Both the position numbers and the translations under genes were made by a program. Shown in pieces: positions 1-8,567 of a stretch of 32,000 bases of DNA. Source of the DNA: Pseudodesulfovibrio piezophilus C1TLV30. Its GTDB lineage: Bacteria > Desulfobacterota > Desulfovibrionia > Desulfovibrionales > Desulfovibrionaceae. The DNA lies in the NCBI RefSeq assembly GCF_000341895.1, contig NC_020409.1:2640001-2672000 (forward strand), in the 5' to 3' direction. The notes under the pieces were generated by a model. The model was not told where the DNA came from. It did no database searches and was given only the letters and a program-made list of their open reading frames with translations. Every line of letters starts with the position of its first letter. Position 1 is the first letter of the stretch.

Positions 1-634
1 GCTTCCTGTGAAAAATCCGCGTTATGTGGTTCTTTTTTCTCATGGGAATGGGGGGAATGTTTCACATCGGCTCGAAACACTGTCTCTTTTCAATACCATG
101 GGGTTTTCAACCTTGATCTACGAGTATTCCGGGTATGGACAAAGTCAGGGGCAGTCTTCGGAAAAGGCCATGCGGGCTGACGCACGGGCAGCCTGGGAGT
201 GGCTTGTTCGTGAGAAGGGGGTGCCCCCGGAACGGATCATTTTGTTTGGCCGGTCTTTGGGAGGCGGGGTGACAGGACTTTTGGCCCGGGACTTGGCAGA
301 CCAAGGGGTGTCTCCTGCCGCGCTGATTATGGAATCGACTTTCTCCTCCATGACGGATATGGCCACTAGAAAATATCCTTGGCTGCCGGTTCGCTGGCTG
401 GTCCGATATCGATACGACACGATGGTGAATTTGGCAGCGGTTCACGTACCTGCGTTATTTTTGCACTCCCCGGACGATGATATCGTTCCTTATGCGTTTG
501 GGGTCCGCCTCTTTCAGTCCTATTCAGGGCCGAAAACTTTTTTTGAATTGAGTGGAGAACATACCACAGGATTCCTTTCGATGGGCAGCAAATATGTCGA
601 TGGATTGGAATCTTTTGTCTCTTCCTTGCCGTAG
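1..634 (+). CDS. alpha/beta-fold hydrolase (COG1073-like), probably 5'-truncated by the window edge
   Basis: ORF 8..634 stays open to position 2 in the same frame. It has an HG oxyanion motif (VVLFSHGNGGN), a nucleophile elbow GRSLGGG about 71 aa later, an acidic SPDDDIVP and a C-terminal SGEH histidine. That is the typical Ser-Asp-His hydrolase layout. Confidence 0.8.
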   Translation, partial: LPVKNPRYVVLFSHGNGGNVSHRLETLSLFNTMGFSTLIYEYSGYGQSQGQSSEKAMRADARAAWEWLVREKGVPPERIILFGRSLGGGVTGLLARDLADQGVSPAALIMESTFSSMTDMATRKYPWLPVRWLVRYRYDTMVNLAAVHVPALFLHSPDDDIVPYAFGVRLFQSYSGPKTFFELSGEHTTGFLSMGSKYVDGLESFVSSLP

Positions 635-780
635 CTTCTTTTCGGTTACGCGGGTATGGCTAGCAGGAAAAAATATCCTGTTGAGAAATGTTTCTTAATA
701 TAACTTTTTAAAATAAATAAACATTTATATTATTGCATGGCTTTTGCTTCTCTTTTAACGATTTGAAAAGGAGGAACACT

Positions 781-1056
781 ATGCCTGGTATGGAAGCTCT
801 GACGGGTCTTGAACCCCGTCTTGACCAGCTCAGCAAGAAGATTCAGGAGATACGGGAACGGTCACAGCCCCGTCAGTCCGAAAGTGTCGACAGTGCCATG
901 GGTGTTATAGAGGGGAACCTCGGGCGGCAAGAGGCCCGTTTGGCATCCATGGATGTGAAGGAACTGTCTGGGCACTTATTACAGCAGCAAGGCGTTGTTC
1001 ATTCGTTGGACCCGGCCAAAGTTGCTGATTTGATCAGCGACCCTTTCGAAGACTAA
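781..1056 (+). CDS. small hypothetical protein (91 aa from ATG 781; the ORF track starts at 733)
   Basis: ATG at 781 follows the RBS AAAGGAGG (about 768-775). The upstream region is AT-rich and promoter-like, and a strong hairpin terminator lies downstream. No family recognised. Confidence 0.55.
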   Translation: MPGMEALTGLEPRLDQLSKKIQEIRERSQPRQSESVDSAMGVIEGNLGRQEARLASMDVKELSGHLLQQQGVVHSLDPAKVADLISDPFED

Positions 1057-1079
1057 CAGATCAAGATCGTGATTTTTTT

Positions 1080-1118
1080 CCCTGACTTGTGCTTGAGCGC
1101 AAGTCAGGGTGTTTTGCG
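1080..1118 (+). terminator. rho-independent terminator of the 781..1056 gene
   Basis: Perfect 10-bp stem CCCTGACTTG (1080-1089) / CAAGTCAGGG (1100-1109), followed by TGTTTTGCG. Confidence 0.7.
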
Positions 1119-1715
1119 TGCCTTTTCTTTGAACATCCAATAGAGTGGCATAGTTGTGCCTTTTCCTTTTTGCGCTTGTCTTTGTTGGTGCGAGGGCTTC
1201 TTGAAGTGGATGGTTTCATTTTTATTTCCAACAGTGTTGAGCAGTTGTCTTGGAGCAGTCGTTTTTTTGTCCGAAACCACTTGCGTCGTCTTCTGGCGGA
1301 GCGTATATTTGGATCAAAGGCTGGAAACCCTCCAGTGTGAGGGATGAGAGAAACAATCAAAGGAGGGTGGGAGGAAATAGACATCGATTTCTTCTGTAAG
1401 ACATCTGGCGAATTGAGTCGCCCTGCTCCCAGAAAGAGCGCCGTGCGCCATACCAAACGCACCAGGTCGTCATAAAGTGTTTATTTTGAAATGTCAGACC
1501 CTGGTACCAAGCCGGAGAATCCGGCAAGGCGCACTTTCCTTTGCCTCAGCCCATTTTATTTTCTTCTTGTTCTGGACAAACGGCTCAGGATGCTTATGTA
1601 TAAAGTGTAAGGCAAGAGCCATGACATAGACGGAATGAACCTTGACGGAGGGTGTGCCGCAATAAAACCATCTCAATCATATAACCGCGAAATGAGTCGC
1701 GACCAGAACCATTAG

Positions 1716-1783
1716 AGTGCGCATCAAGCCCATGGCAGAAAAGCCGGGGACCGCCGGGCAAACCGGCCAGCGCACTTTTTTTT
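1716..1783 (+). terminator. terminator-like branched structure with T8 tract and no assignable upstream ORF (possible 3' end of an ncRNA, or leader attenuator of the efflux operon)
   Basis: Outer stem AGTGCGC (1716-1722) / GCGCACT (1770-1776). Inner hairpin GCCGG-gcaaa-CCGGC (1753-1767). Eight consecutive T follow immediately (1776-1783). Confidence 0.45.
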
Positions 1784-1881
1784 ATCTTTCTTACCTTTCC
1801 TGATCGACATTCTCCTTCCCTCATCCCCGTATACATTGTAGCTTTTACGCAGGCCTGTTGATTGGCCGTGGCGGATGATCC

Positions 1882-3033
1882 GTGTCCCATGGTATGGACA
1901 TGATCATGAAGTATTTTTTCCCTCTTCCTGTTTTTCTGCTGTTAGGAGCGATCAGTCTCGCTGCCTGCGGGGCTGATACTGTGCCCTCAGAGAAGGCTGT
2001 TCCCGATGTTTCTCCTAGGGAGACGACTGAAGCGAGGCGTGTGCTCATGCCTCGATTGCACGAAGCCGTGGGAACGGTGCAAGCCCGTACCGAGAGTCGT
2101 GTGGAATCACAGGTGACCGGGCGGGTTCTCAAAATTCTGGTCCATCCGGGTGATACGGTCAGGGCTGGTGATGAACTGGTGGTGCTCGATAGCCGCGCTG
2201 CCCAGGCTCGTCTGGAACAGGCGCGACAGGCATTGGAATCCGTGAACAGTCTGACCGGCCAGGCACGGGATGTCCTGGGCGCTGCCAAAGCTGATTTTGA
2301 CAAAACGGAATCCACCTATCGGCGCATGAAGCAGCTTAACAGTCAGAAGGTCGTGACGGATGAAGAAGTGGAGAAAGCCGAGTCTGCATTTCTTCAGGCC
2401 AAAGCCCGGCTCGGTCAGGCTCAGGAAGGATTGGCTGCGGCTCGATCTCGCGGCAGGGAATCGGCCAAGGTCGTGCAGGAAGCTGAAATAGGGCTTGGCT
2501 ATACCACTATCAAGGCTCAGGAAGCAGGTGAAGTGGCCAGACGGCAGGCCGAACCGGGAGACCTGGCCTTTCCGGGCAAGGAATTGCTGACATTGCAAAC
2601 CGGGACCAGCCTTCGGCTCGAAGCAATGGTCCGTGAAGGGCTTATTGATCTGGTGCATCTCGGTGACAGCGTTGACGTGATCATTGCAGCCTTGCGCGAT
2701 CCGTATCCTCTTTCCGGGACAGTGGACGAGATTGAACCTCTGGCAGATCCCGTTACCCGTTCATTCCTTGTCAAAGTTCGTTTACCCGAAGTACCGGGAG
2801 TCTATCCAGGTATGTTTGGGAGATTACGCGTTCCTCTCGGAGAGCGGGAGACTGTCCTTGTCCCGGAGAAAGCCATTACCAGGGTCGGGCAGTTGGAGAC
2901 AGTCAGGCTTTGTTCCGGCGAAACATGGCAGACTGTTTTTGTTCGAACCGGCACGAGACATGGACCTGATGTTGAAATCTTGTCAGGCTTGTCCGGCGGA
3001 GAGATTCTGGGACTTGGAGCAGGGGAGGAGTAA
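1882..3033 (+). CDS. RND efflux membrane-fusion (periplasmic adaptor) protein, HlyD/AcrA family
   Basis: 383-aa ORF. The N-terminus MKYFFPLPVFLLLGAISLAACG looks like a lipoprotein signal with a lipobox-like LAAC. The centre is Ala/Gln/Glu-rich and coiled-coil-like; the C-terminus is beta-rich. Its stop overlaps the pump start (TAATG at 3031-3035). True start may be 1894, 1900 or 1906. Confidence 0.85.
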   Translation: MSHGMDMIMKYFFPLPVFLLLGAISLAACGADTVPSEKAVPDVSPRETTEARRVLMPRLHEAVGTVQARTESRVESQVTGRVLKILVHPGDTVRAGDELVVLDSRAAQARLEQARQALESVNSLTGQARDVLGAAKADFDKTESTYRRMKQLNSQKVVTDEEVEKAESAFLQAKARLGQAQEGLAAARSRGRESAKVVQEAEIGLGYTTIKAQEAGEVARRQAEPGDLAFPGKELLTLQTGTSLRLEAMVREGLIDLVHLGDSVDVIIAALRDPYPLSGTVDEIEPLADPVTRSFLVKVRLPEVPGVYPGMFGRLRVPLGERETVLVPEKAITRVGQLETVRLCSGETWQTVFVRTGTRHGPDVEILSGLSGGEILGLGAGEE

Positions 3034-6000
3034 TGCCTGAACAAACCCCTGAGCGCCTCGGTCTTATTCCGTCGATCGTGCGTTTTTTCCTGACCTCGAA
3101 AATGTCGGTGATCTTCGCTTTGGCCTCCATTATCCTTGGTGTTGTTTCGGTCATGGTGACTCCCAGGGAGGAGGAGCCGCAGATAGTTGTGCCCATGGCT
3201 GATGTGATGGTGCAGGTTCCGGGTGCGACGGCTGATGAGGTGGAGAAACTCGTCACCACGCCGCTTGAGCGGTTACTCTGGCAGATAGATGGGGTGGAGT
3301 ATGTGTATTCGACCTCATTTAAAGACGCGGCAGCGGTTACTGTCCGTTTTTTTGTGGGAGAGGACCGGGAGAAGGCTCTTATAAAATTATACAATGCCAT
3401 TCAGAAGAATGTTGATCTTGCTCCGGCTATCGTTTCGGGGTGGGTCATCAAACCTGTCGAAATAGATGATGTTCCTCTTGTCGCGTTGACTCTTCATGCG
3501 GAGCACGGGTTCGAGAACCGCTACACGGATTTTGATCTCAGGCGTATGGCGGAAGAGTTGTTTCACCGACTTGCCGAGATCGAGGATGTGTCCAGAATTT
3601 CGCTTTATTCCGGCCGTAGCCGGGAAGTTCGGGTGGAAATACGCCCGGAGCGGTTGGCAGGATTCAACATTTCGCCGCTGGAGGTCTTTCGGGCCTTGAA
3701 AGGCGCTGATCGATCCCTGTCCGCCGGGGTTTTGGTTTCTGGCGACAGAGTGCGACAAGTGGTGAGTCAGTCCTTTTTGCTCTCAGCCGAAGATACGGCT
3801 TCATTGGTTGTTGGTGTTTTTGACGGCAGGCCTGTTTATCTGCGTGATGTGGCAGAGATTCTTGATGGTCCTCAGGAACCCGCCGGGTATTCCCGTATCG
3901 GATTCACCAATATGGCCCTGAGCGAAAATGCCCCTTCCGTTGGCTCTGTGTCTCGTCCGGCTGTGACCATTGGCGTGTCGAAGAAAAAAGGGGTCAACGC
4001 TGTTGCCGTGGCAGATGCCGTGGTCAGTCGGGTCAAAACTCTGGAGCGTGAAGTCCTGCCGGATGGGGTGACTGTCACTGTCACCAGAAATCATGGAAAA
4101 ACAGCGCAGAGCAAAGTCAATGAGTTGCTTTCCTCTTTGCTGTTCGCGATCCTCACAGTAGTGGCTTTGCTCGCTTTCTCTCTGGGATGGCGGGAGGCGT
4201 TGGTGGTGGCTCTGGCTGTGCCCATGAGCTTTTCTTTGGCCCTTTTTATCAATTATCTCTTTGGTTATACCATTAACAGGGTGACATTGTTTGCCTTGAT
4301 TCTTTCATTGGGATTGGTGGTCGATGATCCCATCACCAATGTGGATAACATCCAGCGACATATTCGCATGGGGCTGAAGTCCCCCCTGGAAGCCACTCTG
4401 GATGCGGTGAAGGAAGTCTTGCCTCCGGTTATCATGTCTACACTGGCGATAATTGTTTCTTTTACCCCACTTTTTTTCATCACTGGCATGATGGGACCGT
4501 ATATGGCGCCCATGGCCGCCAATGTGCCACTCACGGTTACTTTTTCCACTCTCGCGGCTTTGACCGTGGTGCCGTGGCTGGCCTCTTTACTGCTTCGTTC
4601 CCGAGGAATGGCTGTGAGAAACGCTCTCCCGGAGAAATCGCATGCGCAAGGGGATGTGAGCAGGGCTCTTGAAAGGATATATGGAAAGATTGTCAGACCA
4701 TTTCTCGGGTCATCTCGTAACAGATGGCTGTTGCTTTTAGGCATTGTCAGTGGATTGGCCCTTTGCGGCGGGTTGGTGGTTATGCGGCTGGTTCCACTCA
4801 AGATGCTGCCTTTCGACAACAAGAATGAATTGCAATTGATGCTGGACATGAACGAAGGTACCACCTTGGAGCGGACGGACAGGACTGTACGCGACTTCGA
4901 ATCTTATCTGCGGTCTGTCCCTGAAGTAGCCAATTTCGTGACCTATTCCGGATTTCCTTCGCCCATGGATTTCAATGGCATGGTGCGTCATTATTACTGG
5001 CGTGATCAGCCCAATCTTGCAGATATCAGGGTCAATCTTGCGGACAAGTCCCAGCGGACCATGCAATCTCATGCCATAGGGCTTCGGATCAGAGATGAAC
5101 TGCACGCCATTGCAGAGCGGAATGGGGCGGCGCTCAAGCTGGTGGAAACACCGCCTGGCCCCCCTGTCCTCGCGACTCTGACCGCAGAAATTTATGGTAA
5201 ACCGAATGTTCCTTACACGGCTCTGCTCGATGGGGCCAGCCATGTTGTTTCTCTTATGAAAGACCGTCATGGGGTGGTGGACGTCGATGTTTCCGCAGAG
5301 TCCGATCGGTTGATGGTGGATTATGTTCTGGACAAGGAAAAGGCGGCCCTGCACGGCGTGACTGCCGAAGATGTGGTGGAAACCCTGCGTTTGGCTCTCA
5401 GTGGCAGTACTCCCGCCTCTGTGCATCTTTCAAGTGAGCGGCAGGCTTTGCCAGTGAGGTTGGTTCTGCCGAGAGTTCTGCGGACTTCCATTGAAACACT
5501 TGGTGAGCTGATGATGAAATCTTCCGAGGGAGCCATGGTTCCCTTGGCTGAATTGGGATCATTTCATATGGTTCCGGTAGACCAACCTATCTTTCACAAA
5601 AATCTGCGCCGGGTCGCTTATGTCTATGCGGATACGGCTGGACTGCCGCCGGGGGAGGCTGTTCTTGACCTTCAGGCTGCGGTGGACAGGGATCCTATGC
5701 CCCCGGGCACATGGGTTGAATGGGCTGGAGAAGGAGAATGGAAGATCACGCTTGATGTCTTTCGTGATCTGGGGCTTGCCAATGCGGCGGCAATGCTGGG
5801 GATTTTTATTTTATTGGTCATTGAAACAGGCTCTTTCATCATGCCTCTTCTGATCATGTCGGCAATTCCTTTGACTCTTTTGGGTATTCTGCCCGGATTC
5901 TGGCTCCTGAATGTGCTGGCAAGTGAGACTGTTGGCGGATATGGCAATCCGATTTTTTTCACGGCAACTTCCATGATCGGCATGATCGCCCTCGGCGGCA

Positions 6001-6296
6001 TCGTCATTCGAAACTCTCTCGTGCTCATTGAGTTCATCCAGAGTGAAGTCAAGAACGGCATGCCTGTCAAAGATGCCATTGTTCGCTCCGGGGCGGTCCG
6101 TATGCGACCCATTTTGCTGACAGCTCTGACGACGGCTCTGGGGGCATGGCCCATCACGTTGGACCCCATTTTTTCCGGGCTGGCCTGGGCATTGATTTTT
6201 GGCCTGATCGCATCCACGCTGTTCACGCTCGTGGTTGTGCCAAGCGGTTACTACGCCTTGTATGGAAGGGATACAGGAGAGATCGTTGCCTCCTAG
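3033..6296 (+). CDS. RND efflux transporter permease, AcrB/AcrD/AcrF family
   Basis: 1087-aa ORF with two large soluble loops and multiple hydrophobic helices. TM4-like proton-relay motif GLVVDDPITNVDNI. Translationally coupled to the adaptor gene. Confidence 0.95.
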   Translation: MPEQTPERLGLIPSIVRFFLTSKMSVIFALASIILGVVSVMVTPREEEPQIVVPMADVMVQVPGATADEVEKLVTTPLERLLWQIDGVEYVYSTSFKDAAAVTVRFFVGEDREKALIKLYNAIQKNVDLAPAIVSGWVIKPVEIDDVPLVALTLHAEHGFENRYTDFDLRRMAEELFHRLAEIEDVSRISLYSGRSREVRVEIRPERLAGFNISPLEVFRALKGADRSLSAGVLVSGDRVRQVVSQSFLLSAEDTASLVVGVFDGRPVYLRDVAEILDGPQEPAGYSRIGFTNMALSENAPSVGSVSRPAVTIGVSKKKGVNAVAVADAVVSRVKTLEREVLPDGVTVTVTRNHGKTAQSKVNELLSSLLFAILTVVALLAFSLGWREALVVALAVPMSFSLALFINYLFGYTINRVTLFALILSLGLVVDDPITNVDNIQRHIRMGLKSPLEATLDAVKEVLPPVIMSTLAIIVSFTPLFFITGMMGPYMAPMAANVPLTVTFSTLAALTVVPWLASLLLRSRGMAVRNALPEKSHAQGDVSRALERIYGKIVRPFLGSSRNRWLLLLGIVSGLALCGGLVVMRLVPLKMLPFDNKNELQLMLDMNEGTTLERTDRTVRDFESYLRSVPEVANFVTYSGFPSPMDFNGMVRHYYWRDQPNLADIRVNLADKSQRTMQSHAIGLRIRDELHAIAERNGAALKLVETPPGPPVLATLTAEIYGKPNVPYTALLDGASHVVSLMKDRHGVVDVDVSAESDRLMVDYVLDKEKAALHGVTAEDVVETLRLALSGSTPASVHLSSERQALPVRLVLPRVLRTSIETLGELMMKSSEGAMVPLAELGSFHMVPVDQPIFHKNLRRVAYVYADTAGLPPGEAVLDLQAAVDRDPMPPGTWVEWAGEGEWKITLDVFRDLGLANAAAMLGIFILLVIETGSFIMPLLIMSAIPLTLLGILPGFWLLNVLASETVGGYGNPIFFTATSMIGMIALGGIVIRNSLVLIEFIQSEVKNGMPVKDAIVRSGAVRMRPILLTALTTALGAWPITLDPIFSGLAWALIFGLIASTLFTLVVVPSGYYALYGRDTGEIVAS

Positions 6297-7153
6297 ACCG
6301 GCAACCCTTTCTTGTACCGATCCGCTTTCATGGCTTCAAGCAACCGATTGGGAACATCGAGAAAGCCTCGGCCTTTGCCAAGCGCTATCTTGGGTTTGAC
6401 CGAACCATGGAAATCGGACCCGCCACTGGCCAGAAGGCCCAACCGTTCGGTCATGGCCGCGTATGCTTTGGTATCGGCTTCATTGTGCTCGGAGTAGTAG
6501 ACTTCCATGCCGTCCAGACCCAGAGTTTTCAGGTCACTGACAAGAGATTCGGTTTCGCGCATGTTCAGCCCCAATGCAAAGGGATGAGCGAGGATGGAAG
6601 TCGCTCCGATGGAATTGAGGATTTCCAGTGCCTGCCTGGGTTCCAGTTTCCGTTTTGGGACATAGGCCCGTCCATTATCTCCCAGCCAGACCTTGAACGC
6701 TTCCTCAATGGATGAAACAACCCCGAGTGAAAGCAATTCCTGGGCAAAATGAGGACGGCCAATGGTTCCGCTGGCACGGGCTGCCACGGCTTCATAGGTT
6801 GTATGAATACCTAGCTTTCGCAGTTTTTCGACTATTTCATGATTACGGTTCAGGCGGCCCTCGATGACCCAGTCAAATGCCTTTCTCAAGTCTTCCGAAT
6901 CCTCCGGCAACCAGAGTGCCACGACGTGCATCCATCCGGCCCCTTCAGGAGAGACAAGGCTCAATTCTGCACCGGGAATGACTTCAACGCCGTAACGTTT
7001 TCCGGCTTCCATAGCCTCCCTGACTCCGGAAAAAGTGTCGTGGTCAGTCAAGGCAATGGCATCAAGGCCTATTTCATGTGCATGGCGCACGAGTTCGGTC
7101 GGGGTGAAAGTGCCGTCAGACGCGGTGGAGTGAGTGTGCAGATCGATGCTCAT
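6293..7153 (-). CDS. PHP-domain phosphoesterase (TrpH/YciV-like)
   Basis: N-terminal MSIDLHTHSTASDG and ALTDHDT are hallmark PHP metal-binding motifs. About 286 aa from ATG at 7153. The ORF-track start at 7192 adds 13 non-conserved residues. Confidence 0.85.
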   Translation of the reverse strand: MSIDLHTHSTASDGTFTPTELVRHAHEIGLDAIALTDHDTFSGVREAMEAGKRYGVEVIPGAELSLVSPEGAGWMHVVALWLPEDSEDLRKAFDWVIEGRLNRNHEIVEKLRKLGIHTTYEAVAARASGTIGRPHFAQELLSLGVVSSIEEAFKVWLGDNGRAYVPKRKLEPRQALEILNSIGATSILAHPFALGLNMRETESLVSDLKTLGLDGMEVYYSEHNEADTKAYAAMTERLGLLASGGSDFHGSVKPKIALGKGRGFLDVPNRLLEAMKADRYKKGLPV

Positions 7154-7379
7154 GATACGTGATGCCCTGGTGATAAAGTGGTTTACAGCCACGGTTGGAT
7201 ACAGTGGTCATGCAAACTGTATCAGCTTACCCCGAGTCAGGTAAAGAGAGCTCTGTCATATTCCCGTTTCCTGATGTTCATGGAAATGACTCGGGGAAGC
7301 ATCTTTTGAAGGACTCCGGATATGGTTGCCTTCATTCCATGGTCGATGTAGATATTGTTCATTCGCCCAAGGAGGAACC

Positions 7380-7568
7380 ATGGCACTGAATAAAGAACTC
7401 GTGAAAACTTTGGCCTGCCCGCAATGCAAAGGCTCCCTTACTGTTCAACCTGCTGAGGATGGACTTGCCTGCGCGGTCTGTAAGAAAATTTATCCGGTCA
7501 AGGATGATATCCCCATCATGCTCGTCGATCAGGCCATAGCAGAGCAGGAGTGGACTGGATCGAAATAG
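7380..7568 (+). CDS. Trm112/UPF0434-family small zinc-ribbon protein (62 aa)
   Basis: ATG 7380 follows the RBS AAGGAGGA (7369-7376). CPQC...CAVC pair plus YPVKDDIPIML, typical of Trm112/YcaR-like proteins. Confidence 0.8.
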   Translation: MALNKELVKTLACPQCKGSLTVQPAEDGLACAVCKKIYPVKDDIPIMLVDQAIAEQEWTGSK

Positions 7569-7591
7569 CGTTGGAAACGTGTTTCTATTTG

Positions 7592-7632
7592 GTGCGTCAG
7601 ATCATGTTTCAAGGTCTGACGCACATTTTTTT
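7592..7632 (+). terminator. rho-independent terminator
   Basis: 10-bp stem GTGCGTCAGA (7592-7601) / TCTGACGCAC (7615-7624), followed by ATTTTTTT. Confidence 0.75.
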
Positions 7633-7643
7633 CCACAGGCTCT

Positions 7644-7673
7644 CTTGACGGCGGAAAAAGCGTGCCTATTTTC
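7644..7673 (+). promoter_or_regulatory. candidate promoter of the hsp20 operon
   Basis: TTGACG (7645-7650), 16 nt, TATTTT (7667-7672) fits a sigma70-type promoter. The same stretch also reads CTTGA-N-CCTAT, loosely sigma32-like. It lies about 30 nt upstream of the RBS AAAGGAGG. Confidence 0.35.
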
Positions 7674-7704
7674 TCAAGTACCAAGAGAAAAGGAGGTTTG
7701 AATC

Positions 7705-8118
7705 ATGGTTATTGATTTCAATACGCTGTATAATTTTCCTTCAAGATTTGACCGAGTGTTCGAGGATGTTTTTAAATCGTCAATGGCAGAAGAACGACGA
7801 TTGGCCTACCCTCCCTTGAATTTAAGCAATGATGAAGAGGCTGTCTATGTTCGTGCCGAGGTTCCTGGTGTACGGCTTGAGGACATGGAATTAACCCTGA
7901 CAGATAAAACCCTGGTCCTTAAGGGCGAGCGGCATGCGCCCCAGGGGAGATACTATCGTCAGGAGCGCCCAGTGGGTGTTTTCAACAGGGTTATAAACAT
8001 AGGTGTGCCGGTTGAAAGGGATAAGGTGACTGCAACTATGACAGATGGTGTTCTGACAGTCACGCTGCCCAAGGCCGACGAAGTCAAGCCGCGCAATATC
8101 AGTATTGATATCGCTTAA
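7705..8118 (+). CDS. Hsp20/alpha-crystallin family small heat-shock protein
   Basis: 137 aa with an alpha-crystallin-domain pattern (VYVRAEVPGV...LTDKTLVLKGER...DGVLTVTLPK). Strong RBS. Confidence 0.9.
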   Translation: MVIDFNTLYNFPSRFDRVFEDVFKSSMAEERRLAYPPLNLSNDEEAVYVRAEVPGVRLEDMELTLTDKTLVLKGERHAPQGRYYRQERPVGVFNRVINIGVPVERDKVTATMTDGVLTVTLPKADEVKPRNISIDIA

Positions 8119-8129
8119 AGGAGGGTGTC

Positions 8130-8495
8130 ATGAGTGAACTAGCCAAAAAAGAAGAAAGAAATGTGCCGCGCTATCGTCCGGCGACAGATATCATCGAACT
8201 GGAAGACGGCTTTCGTATCTACATTGACCTGCCTGGTGTAAAGCGGGAAGACTTGACCATTGATTTACAGGACGATGAACTGGCGGTATCCGGTCGAACA
8301 TCTCTTGATCCAGCTTCTGGTGAGCATTTTCTGGAGATGCAGTTCGGGAATTGTGAGTACATGCGATCCATTTCCGTTACGGATATTATCGACCGAGAGA
8401 ATATCAAAGCGAACCTGGAAGGCGGTGTGCTTGAATTGGTCCTGCCCAAGGTCCGTCAAATCCAGCCTCGGCAGATAGAAATTACCCAGCTATAA
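8130..8495 (+). CDS. Hsp20/alpha-crystallin family small heat-shock protein (second paralog)
   Basis: 121 aa (FRIYIDLPGV...DDELAVSGR...GGVLELVLPK). RBS AAGGAGG; starts 11 nt after the first hsp20. Confidence 0.85.
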   Translation: MSELAKKEERNVPRYRPATDIIELEDGFRIYIDLPGVKREDLTIDLQDDELAVSGRTSLDPASGEHFLEMQFGNCEYMRSISVTDIIDRENIKANLEGGVLELVLPKVRQIQPRQIEITQL

Positions 8496-8510
8496 AAAAG
8501 CCATTCCCAT

Positions 8511-8559
8511 TAAAAAGGAAAGCCCCGGCTCGCAATGAACCGGGGTTTTCCTTTTTTTT
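8511..8559. terminator. bidirectional rho-independent terminator between hsp20 (+) and the MCP gene (-)
   Basis: Stem CCCCGG (8523-8528) / CCGGGG (8540-8545). Flanked by AAAAAGGAAA upstream and TTTTCCTTTTTTTT downstream. Confidence 0.75.
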
Positions 8560-8567
8560 CCAAATCG

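Noticed and set aside
1146-1160. TGGCATagttgTGCC as a sigma54 -24/-12 element
   Set aside because: The GG-to-GC spacing is 9 nt rather than the required 10, and the -12 region is poor.
1061-1462. 133-aa minus-strand ORF and the plus-strand ORFs 1089..1340 and 1156..1347 in the ORF-poor gap
   Set aside because: The 133-aa minus-strand ORF is highly basic and junk-like. All three lack an RBS, and the minus-strand ORF and 1089..1340 overlap the upstream gene's terminator hairpin. I cannot support them as genes. A small Cys-rich hydrophobic peptide at 1156..1347 cannot be fully excluded.
1690-1770. Partial resemblance to riboswitch cores: GTCGCGACCAGAAC and CCGCCGGGCA versus ZTP/pfl; GAAAAGCCGGGGA versus guanidine-I/ykkC; GGGCAAACC versus c-di-GMP-I
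   Set aside because: Each match covers only a fragment. The other conserved blocks are missing (UGGCG pseudoknot partner; CUAGGGUUCCG and GGUCCGAGAG) or in the wrong order, and the recall is from memory. This needs Infernal and is not callable by eye.
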